Below are positions 1 through 5,699 of a stretch of 32,000 bases of DNA, piece by piece. Within the stretch, counting starts at the first letter, position 1, and every line of letters starts with the position of its first letter. The notes under the pieces are model-generated. The model was not told the origin of the DNA, searched no databases, and saw only the letters and a list, made by a program, of their open reading frames with translations. This stretch comes from Candidatus Woesearchaeota archaeon (GTDB lineage Archaea; Nanobdellota; Nanobdellia; Pacearchaeales; GW2011-AR1). Where the stretch lies: the NCBI GenBank assembly GCA_964497435.1, contig CAZCCD010000002.1, positions 1 to 32,000 on the forward strand, in the 5' to 3' direction. Made by a program: the position numbers and the translations under genes.

Positions 1-58
1 TTCCCAAAGTGCCCATTGCTTTCAGATAATCGTCACTTAATTCCACTATTGGTGCCAT
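1..58 (-). CDS. Partial CDS: N-terminal 19 codons only, gene continues past the left edge; product unknown
   Basis: ATG at 58..56 reads MAPIVELSDDYLKAMGTLG and stays open to position 1. TTTATAAA box at 80-87 is centred about 26 nt upstream, the spacing seen for many genes here. Confidence 0.35.
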   Translation of the reverse strand, partial: MAPIVELSDDYLKAMGTLG

Positions 59-79
59 GCTTTTCCATAGAAATTTAGG

Positions 80-87
80 TTTATAAA
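80..87 (-). promoter_or_regulatory. TATA-like box for the partial CDS ending at 58
   Basis: TTTATAAA centred about 26 nt upstream of the ATG at 58. Confidence 0.35.
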
Positions 88-122
88 TCTTTATTTTTAA
101 CCATTTAAGAAAAGTAACAATT

Positions 123-824
123 TTATCTCACTCTCAAAATCTTGTTTTTTCCTTCTCCTTCTCTAAAAATTAATTTCTTTTTTTCCAAATTAACAATATA
201 TCTTGTAAAACTCGCCTTAGGGATTCCAAGTTTTTCACGAACTTGTTTTTGCCTCATTGGTTCTTTCATCAACATTTCAAGAATTTTCTGTTCGTTTTCG
301 TTGATAAAGGGCATAATTGTTTTAAGGCTAATTTTTTTCCTTCTGGATTTTAGAAAATAAAAAAATAAAATACAAATAATGATTAATACAGCCATAAAAA
401 CATAAACAAAATCATAATTCTTTTTGTCACTCAATCTATAATCTACCTTAAAATAAAGTCTTTCATTTTCCCCAATTAAAGAAATAGTTTTATCTTCAAG
501 GTTAATTACACTTTCAACTCCCTGAACACTATTGATTGATTCAAGATTTTTCGGAAAATGAATATCTAATAAAATAGTCTCGTAATTTCCAAAATCCAAA
601 TTAAAAGTCCAAATATCTTTATTTTTAATAGTTAGAAAATCACTCTCTCCTCTTAATTTGTTATCAAAAAAATTTACTCCATTTAAATTTAAATCAAAAT
701 CACTATCAATATAAAAATCAGCCTTTCCTTGCTCATCAATGTAAATATCTCCTGTTATATATTGGGCTGAAATAAGCTGAATTGATGCTAAAATAACCCA
801 TATGTAAAATACTTGTTTTATCAT
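123..824 (-). CDS. Membrane-anchored winged-helix (MarR/TrmB-like) transcription regulator with extracytoplasmic N-terminal domain
   Basis: Signal peptide MIKQVFYIWVILASIQLISA|Q, about 140-aa outside domain, one TM helix (FVYVFMAVLIIICILFFYFL) followed by KSRRKK. C-terminal wHTH-like segment ENEQKILEMLMKEPMRQKQVREKLGIPKASFTRYIVNLEKKKLIFRE. Confidence 0.6.
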   Translation of the reverse strand: MIKQVFYIWVILASIQLISAQYITGDIYIDEQGKADFYIDSDFDLNLNGVNFFDNKLRGESDFLTIKNKDIWTFNLDFGNYETILLDIHFPKNLESINSVQGVESVINLEDKTISLIGENERLYFKVDYRLSDKKNYDFVYVFMAVLIIICILFFYFLKSRRKKISLKTIMPFINENEQKILEMLMKEPMRQKQVREKLGIPKASFTRYIVNLEKKKLIFREGEGKNKILRVR

Positions 825-845
825 TAATAAAAAATATTGAACATA

Positions 846-853
846 TTTATAAA
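846..853 (-). promoter_or_regulatory. TATA-like box for CDS 123..824
   Basis: TTTATAAA centred about 25 nt upstream of the ATG at 824. Confidence 0.4.
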
Positions 854-900
854 TCTTACAAAAAAAAGAAAGAATAAGGAAAAAATAAAAAAAAGTTAAA

Positions 901-1545
901 TTATAAGCAACGACCCACGATACATTCAGTTGTTATGTTTGTAGCACAGTTTATTGTACCATTATGGGCACCCGTTCCAATACAATAATATTCTGTTAGT
1001 GTAACATTATTAACACAATTATCAAAGTAGCTATAAGGAGTACCATTTTTGTATCCACTAACACTTCCATTTACATTTGCCACTATACCTCCATCAGTGT
1101 CATTGCAAGAATCTGCTGGAGTACAAACTCCCCCTTCATCAGTTTGCCCGTTACAGTTGTCGTCTACATTGTTGCATGTCTCTGTTCCTGGACTTCCTGG
1201 CGTACATGAAACTTGATCATTTATACAAGTTGAACTTCTTTGACAAGCTCCAACACCACAAGTTGTTGAACCAGCAACACAACTCTCTTCAAAATTATCA
1301 TTTAAACTTGAGCACCCACTATCTCCTTTAATAGAGCCATCAGTGCAACTCTTTTTGCTTCCTATGTAGTCACATCTTCCATCTCCATCATTATCTATCC
1401 TATCACCACATGCATTCCAATTACTTTGTCCAGGGGCCTTTCCAGTTACAGACCCTCTTACAAGGATAATTAACAAAATCACTATAGCAACAATTATAGC
1501 TATTATCCACCAAGTTTTAGATGACAATCCTCTTTTATTCATCAT
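901..1545 (-). CDS. Secreted or anchored cysteine-rich protein with DNDGDG/DDNCNG metal-binding-like motifs; pilin-like N-terminus
   Basis: N-terminus MMNKRG|LSSKTWWIIAIIVAIVILLIILV (charged, then hydrophobic). Motifs CGDRIDNDGDGRCDY and CNNVDDNCNGQTDEGGVC. About 24 Cys. GGAGGT Shine-Dalgarno sequence upstream. Confidence 0.6.
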   Translation of the reverse strand: MMNKRGLSSKTWWIIAIIVAIVILLIILVRGSVTGKAPGQSNWNACGDRIDNDGDGRCDYIGSKKSCTDGSIKGDSGCSSLNDNFEESCVAGSTTCGVGACQRSSTCINDQVSCTPGSPGTETCNNVDDNCNGQTDEGGVCTPADSCNDTDGGIVANVNGSVSGYKNGTPYSYFDNCVNNVTLTEYYCIGTGAHNGTINCATNITTECIVGRCL

Positions 1546-1549
1546 TTTT

Positions 1550-1555
1550 ACCTCC
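1550..1555 (-). promoter_or_regulatory. Shine-Dalgarno sequence (GGAGGT) for CDS 901..1545
   Basis: Minus strand reads GGAGGTAAAAATG directly at the start codon. Confidence 0.5.
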
Positions 1556-1730
1556 TTTCACTTAAATAATGTATAACTTAGATTATATCTTAAAAAAGAA
1601 AATATATATATATCTTTCGGTTAATCACTATCAACTTAAAATGATATTCATCTTTTAATTTAAAATAATCTTAAAGATTGCTTTTATTTATATGTAAAAT
1701 TTGCACTCCTCACATTTGCTAGTTGTGAAT

Positions 1731-1778
1731 TATGTTAATCAAATCTGTGAACGAAAGTGAACAGCAATTTAGAAAATC
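1731..1778 (+). repeat. Copy of dispersed ~50-nt repeat (family 1: TATGTTAA..AAATCTG[C/T]GAAC..AGTGA..CAGC..AAT)
   Basis: tatgttaatcaaatctgtgaacgaaagtgaacagcaatttagaaaatc aligns block by block with 5924-5972, 25831-25866 and 28492-28537. A partial inverted partner lies at 1697-1722 (aaatttgcactcctcac). Confidence 0.55.
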
Positions 1779-1854
1779 ACAAATTCGGGGTATGTCTTGA
1801 TAACTTGACAGTATTTGGTTAAGCTAATCTTTGCCATAAAGAAAAAACCCAAAC

Positions 1855-1862
1855 TTTATTAA
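1855..1862 (+). promoter_or_regulatory. TATA-like box for ftsY (leaderless spacing)
   Basis: TTTATTAA centred about 27 nt upstream of the ATG at 1885. The same AA[A/C]TTTATTAACC string recurs at 3311-3323. Confidence 0.4.
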
Positions 1863-1884
1863 CCATTAATTTACTAATTCTTTT

Positions 1885-3036
1885 ATGTTCTCCAAACTCA
1901 AAGAAAAATTAAAAAGTTGGACAAAAAAACTCACTGAAAAAGCAGAAAAAATAGAAGAAACTCCAGAAAAAGAACTTAAAGTACCTATGAAGTTCGAACC
2001 GGGCTTGCAAAAATATGAACCTGATTTAGAAAAACTCCAAGAAAAAATTGAAGAAATAAAAGAAGAAACCAGAGAAATAAAAAAAGAGATTAAAGAAAAA
2101 GAACTAGAAAAGAAAATAGAGATTATTGAAAAAAAGGAAGAGGAAAAACCAGGCTTCTTTAAAAAATTGGTTTCTAAAATATCTAAAGTAAAAATATCTG
2201 AAAAAGAATTTGAGGTTTATGAAGAGGAGTTAAAAATGCTTCTTTTAGAAAATAATGTTGCATTCGAAGTTGTAGAAAAAATAATAGAAAGGCTAAAAGA
2301 AGAAATAGTTGGCAAGGAGTTTTTAAAAAAAGAGATTGAAGATGAAATAAAAGACACATTAAAAATTATAATAGAAGAAGTAATAATCGAGCCTTTTAAC
2401 ATTATTGATAAAATTAAAGGAAAATCTCAAGACCAGGTTAGAGAGCCATTTGTAATTTTATTTTGCGGGATAAATGGAACTGGCAAGACAACGACAATAG
2501 CAAAAATTGCAAGCCACATGAAAAAAAATAAATTAAAGGTTATTTTAGCTGCCGCAGACACTTTTAGGGCAGCCTCAATAGAACAGTTAAAAAAACACGC
2601 TGAAAAAATAGATGTTAAAGTCGTTTCTCATGATTACGGAAGTGATCCTGCTGCTGTTGGTTTTGATGCAATAAAATATGCCAAAAAAAATTTCATGGAT
2701 GTTGTATTAATAGATACTGCAGGAAGAATGCATACTTCAAAAAATCTTTTAAAAGAGATGGAAAAAATATCAAGAGTTTGCAAGCCTGATTTAAAATTGT
2801 TTATAGGAGAAAGCATTACTGGAAATGATTCAATAGAGCAAGCTAAGAGTTTTGATTGGGCAATAGGAATTGATGGCATTGTCCTGACTAAGGCAGATGT
2901 TGATGAAAAAGGCGGGACAGCTTTATCACTTGGATATGTCACAAAAAAACCAATTTTATATCTTGGAACAGGCCAGGATTATGATGACATTGAGGTCTTT
3001 GACAAGAAGAAGTTTGTTAAGGAGCTTGGACTTTAA
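1885..3036 (+). CDS. ftsY: Signal recognition particle receptor FtsY
   Basis: SRP-GTPase motifs GINGTGKTTT, DTAGR and TKAD. E/K-rich N-terminal A domain. 383 aa. Confidence 0.95.
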   Translation: MFSKLKEKLKSWTKKLTEKAEKIEETPEKELKVPMKFEPGLQKYEPDLEKLQEKIEEIKEETREIKKEIKEKELEKKIEIIEKKEEEKPGFFKKLVSKISKVKISEKEFEVYEEELKMLLLENNVAFEVVEKIIERLKEEIVGKEFLKKEIEDEIKDTLKIIIEEVIIEPFNIIDKIKGKSQDQVREPFVILFCGINGTGKTTTIAKIASHMKKNKLKVILAAADTFRAASIEQLKKHAEKIDVKVVSHDYGSDPAAVGFDAIKYAKKNFMDVVLIDTAGRMHTSKNLLKEMEKISRVCKPDLKLFIGESITGNDSIEQAKSFDWAIGIDGIVLTKADVDEKGGTALSLGYVTKKPILYLGTGQDYDDIEVFDKKKFVKELGL

Positions 3037-3251
3037 TTATTTGGTTCTTCAAGTAATGTTCCTAATTCAGTTAAAGTCAGCCTTCTATTCCTAATGCCGG
3101 TTTCACTGTGTAAAAAATCGCCAGGAAGAGCTTCCATATTTTCTTCACAATCATAACTAACTTCTTCGTAACCCAAACTCCTGTGTGCATTAGCCATTAA
3201 ACTAAAATCCTTTCTCAATTGAGACATCTCAGAATAAACATCATTTACCAT
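3033..3251 (-). CDS. Hypothetical 72-aa protein
   Basis: Only ORF filling the ftsY-srp54 gap. TATA-like box (3269-3280) about 24 nt upstream of its ATG. Stop codon overlaps the ftsY stop by 4 nt. No family recognised. Confidence 0.4.
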   Translation of the reverse strand: MVNDVYSEMSQLRKDFSLMANAHRSLGYEEVSYDCEENMEALPGDFLHSETGIRNRRLTLTELGTLLEEPNN

Positions 3252-3313
3252 TATAATTGCCTCTTTTGATTATATATAAAATCTTTAATTTAAAAATCTT
3301 GCGAAACCCAAAA

Positions 3314-3321
3314 TTTATTAA
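3314..3321 (+). promoter_or_regulatory. Candidate TATA box driving the structured srp54 leader or an ncRNA
   Basis: aaatttattaacc closely matches the ftsY box aaactttattaacc. It predicts a start near 3345, about 145 nt before the srp54 ATG. No A/T box sits at -26 of srp54 itself. Confidence 0.35.
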
Positions 3322-3344
3322 CCTCTATTTTACTTGTTCTTCTG

Positions 3345-3490
3345 TACAGACTTTCATCGAAGGCAACGAGAGTTTACACGAGATAATCCAAAAGCGAGTG
3401 TGGGCTCTAGCAAAAAGAAAGTCGCTTGAGGGATCAAAGAGTTTCGTAAACTCACTCGTTTCCCTTCGGGAAAAACCGTAGGTTTTTAAC
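3345..3490 (+). promoter_or_regulatory. GC-enriched structured 5' leader of srp54, or an independent small RNA
   Basis: Long-range pairing gagagtttac (3368-3377) with gtaaactcactc (3446-3457). Local hairpins gagttt-cgt-aaactc, tttccc-ttc-gggaaa and aaaacc-gta-ggtttt. Contains family-2 repeat blocks shared with 6231-6383. Confidence 0.45.
3471..3489 (+). promoter_or_regulatory. Conserved 19-nt hairpin motif AAAAACCGTAGGTTTTTAA, 1 nt upstream of the srp54 ATG
   Basis: Identical 19-mer at 8148-8166 in the same position relative to the rps15 ATG. Inverted repeat AAAACC/GGTTTT encloses an AGGT (SD-like) core. Confidence 0.6.
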
Positions 3491-4852
3491 ATGTTAGAGA
3501 AACTCGGAGAAATAATAAGAAAGGCAACAAACAAGATAGCCAATGCTATATTTCTTGACAAAAATCTAGTTGATTCAATAATAAGAGATTTGCAAAGGGC
3601 TTTGATTGAGGCAGATGTAAATATACAATTAGTCAAAGACTTATCAGACAAGTTAAAAAAAATCGCCTTTGACGAGAGGATTAAAGGAATAGAAAAAAAA
3701 GAACATTTAATTAAAGTCCTCCATGACGAATTAATAAATATTCTTGGAGAGTACAAGCCTTTGACTCTTGAAAAAGGTCAAAACAGAATTTTATTTCTTG
3801 GTTTGTATGGGGCTGGAAAAACCAGCTCGATAGCAAAACTCGGAAATTATTATGCTAAAAGAGGAAACAAAGTTGCCTTAATTGGTTTAGATGTCCACAG
3901 GCCAGCAGCCTCAGAACAATTAAAGCAGTTAGCTGATAAAAATCATCTTACTTGTTTTATAGAACTTGAAGAAAAAAACCCTTTAAATATCTGGAAAAAA
4001 TATGAAAAAACTCTTAAAGAGTATGATTTAATTTTAATTGATACAGCAGGAAGGCATACACTTGATAAAGAGCTTGTTGAAGAAATAAAAACTCTTTCTA
4101 GAGAAATAAAGCCAAGTCATTCAATTTTAATTTTGCCGGCAGACATTGGACAGGCAGCAAAAAAACAATCAAAAGAATTTAAAGAAACAGTGAATATATC
4201 AGGAGTAATTATAACTAGAATGGATTCTACAGCAAAAGGAGGAGGAGCTTTAACAGCATGCAATGAGACAAAGGCTCCTGTCCATTTCATAGGAACAGGT
4301 GAAAAAATAAATGATATAGAAGAATTCAATCCAAAATCATTTTTATCAAGACTTTTAGGAATGGGTGATTTAGAAACATTAATAGAAAAAATAAGGTCAG
4401 TAACAGGGGAAAAAGAGCAAGAGGAATTAAAGGCTAAGCTTGAAGAAGGCAAGATTTCATTAGAAGATGTCATTGAGCAGGTAAAATCAATGGAAGAGAT
4501 TGGAGGCTTAGATAAAATAAAAAGCATGATACCTGGTTTTGGAAAAGCAAAAATTCCGGAAAACGCATTAGAAAGCCAGCAAGAAAAAATATCAAAATGG
4601 GAGCATATTTTAAAAAGCATGACTAAAGAAGAAAGAGAAAACCCTGAGTTATTGAAAAAGGAACATTCGAGAATAACAAGAATTGCACAAGGAGCAGGAG
4701 TCCATACTAGCGACATAAAATCCCTGCTTAAACAATATGATTTGTTAAGTGAAATGATAAACTCACAATCTGATTTTGATATGTCTAAAGGCCTTTCACA
4801 GAAACAAATGCAGAAGCTCGCTAAGAAATTCGGGAAAAAAATGAGGATTTAA
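3491..4852 (+). CDS. srp54: Signal recognition particle protein SRP54
   Basis: N-terminus MLEKLGE. Motifs GLYGAGKTSS, DTAGR and TRMD. C-terminal M domain. 453 aa. Confidence 0.95.
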   Translation: MLEKLGEIIRKATNKIANAIFLDKNLVDSIIRDLQRALIEADVNIQLVKDLSDKLKKIAFDERIKGIEKKEHLIKVLHDELINILGEYKPLTLEKGQNRILFLGLYGAGKTSSIAKLGNYYAKRGNKVALIGLDVHRPAASEQLKQLADKNHLTCFIELEEKNPLNIWKKYEKTLKEYDLILIDTAGRHTLDKELVEEIKTLSREIKPSHSILILPADIGQAAKKQSKEFKETVNISGVIITRMDSTAKGGGALTACNETKAPVHFIGTGEKINDIEEFNPKSFLSRLLGMGDLETLIEKIRSVTGEKEQEELKAKLEEGKISLEDVIEQVKSMEEIGGLDKIKSMIPGFGKAKIPENALESQQEKISKWEHILKSMTKEERENPELLKKEHSRITRIAQGAGVHTSDIKSLLKQYDLLSEMINSQSDFDMSKGLSQKQMQKLAKKFGKKMRI

Positions 4853-4965
4853 TATTAACCAATATAGAATTTCTTTAAATTAAGAGGATGGGATCTTTCA
4901 TATTCATAACACCGTCTTGCTAATTCTGAAACTAAAAATTATAAAATAAAACTATACAAAATTGA

Positions 4966-5634
4966 CTAATCTGTAGAAAACATAATTCCGGCTTCTAAAA
5001 CTCCCCCACCAATATCTAATTCCTGGCCAAAATCATTTGTAATATTCACAGATCTTCCAGAAGTCTCAATATAGAGAACTTTTTTCTTATCATCATCCAG
5101 AGCTATGTCTAACCCCAAAACAACAAGAGGTCCGACCCCGCCAAAACTTCCACTGGCTGAAGCAGTCTCACCTCCACCACTAATAGATAGTTCCTCTTTC
5201 ATATTGATATATGAAACCCCTCCACCAATTCTAAAATTCACACTCTTTCCTGGAAATACATAAAATCCGGCAAGTTCTCCTTGAAGCATTGTAATTTTTG
5301 CACTAGCATTTTCGATAATATTGTCTGGATCATAAATAAAAGGGTTTCCGTTTTTTTGTCCATAAGCTAAGGCTCCTTCTATGGTAAAGTGTTTTGAATT
5401 ATTAAAACTCACATTTCCCCTTATCCTTGGAACTGTCCCGTATATCTCTTGAAAAGCTTTGTCAGCGCCGTTATACATTCCAATTCCCCCTCCAAAATAA
5501 GTCCTTTGCTTAAATTCTTCTTGAGCCTCTTGGTTATTATTTTTATCTTGTGCATAAGCAGAATTAAAAAAAGGTGTTGTTAAAGTCCCTGCAACAGACA
5601 ATGGAATTAATAACTTTTTAACTAATCCTTTCAT
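4966..5634 (-). CDS. Secreted OMP-like protein: predicted 8-stranded beta-barrel, bacterial OmpA-TM/OmpX/OmpW-like pattern
   Basis: Start moved to the internal ATG at 5634 (MKGLVKK...), giving signal peptide ...FFNSAYA|QD. Eight amphipathic Gly/aromatic-rich strands; C-terminal ...LEAGIMFSTD. TATA-like box at 5655-5665. Confidence 0.55.
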   Translation of the reverse strand: MKGLVKKLLIPLSVAGTLTTPFFNSAYAQDKNNNQEAQEEFKQRTYFGGGIGMYNGADKAFQEIYGTVPRIRGNVSFNNSKHFTIEGALAYGQKNGNPFIYDPDNIIENASAKITMLQGELAGFYVFPGKSVNFRIGGGVSYINMKEELSISGGGETASASGSFGGVGPLVVLGLDIALDDDKKKVLYIETSGRSVNITNDFGQELDIGGGVLEAGIMFSTD

Positions 5635-5654
5635 AATAAAATTTGAAAGATAAT

Positions 5655-5665
5655 CTATATAAATA
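5655..5665 (-). promoter_or_regulatory. TATA-like box for the OMP-like gene
   Basis: ctatataaata centred about 26 nt upstream of the ATG at 5634. It supports the shorter start. Confidence 0.35.
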
Positions 5666-5699
5666 TTTGTGGTTTGCAAAATAGATATAAAAACATAAA

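Noticed and set aside
1602-1613. (AT)6 microsatellite in the 1546-1884 spacer
   Set aside because: A short simple repeat is expected by chance in AT-rich intergenic DNA and has no evident function.
3257-3490. SRP (7S) RNA gene, suggested by its position between ftsY and srp54 and its GC-rich structured sequence
   Set aside because: The GC-rich part is only about 145 nt. I could not find the conserved helix-8 features (GNAR tetraloop flanked by the AGCA/GGAA-type asymmetric loops) or the 5' domain. It is kept as an unknown structured leader or sRNA. An Infernal scan would settle this.
4117-4716. Antisense or shadow ORFs opposite well-supported genes. These are 142-360, 1077-1331, 2217-2402, 2634-2942, 2897-3094, 3257-3481, 3325-3756, 4117-4716, 7849-8043, 9289-9603, 13977-14195, 19793-20287, 20554-20745, 21310-21504, 22495-22689, 24623-24826, 25041-25271, 26147-26401, 27360-27566 and 29578-30036.
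   Set aside because: Each lies inside or across a gene with clear family motifs or across a structured spacer. Their translations are low-complexity (Ser/Phe/Ile/Leu-rich) with no recognisable motif. Long stop-free antisense frames are expected opposite Lys/Glu-rich AT-rich genes.
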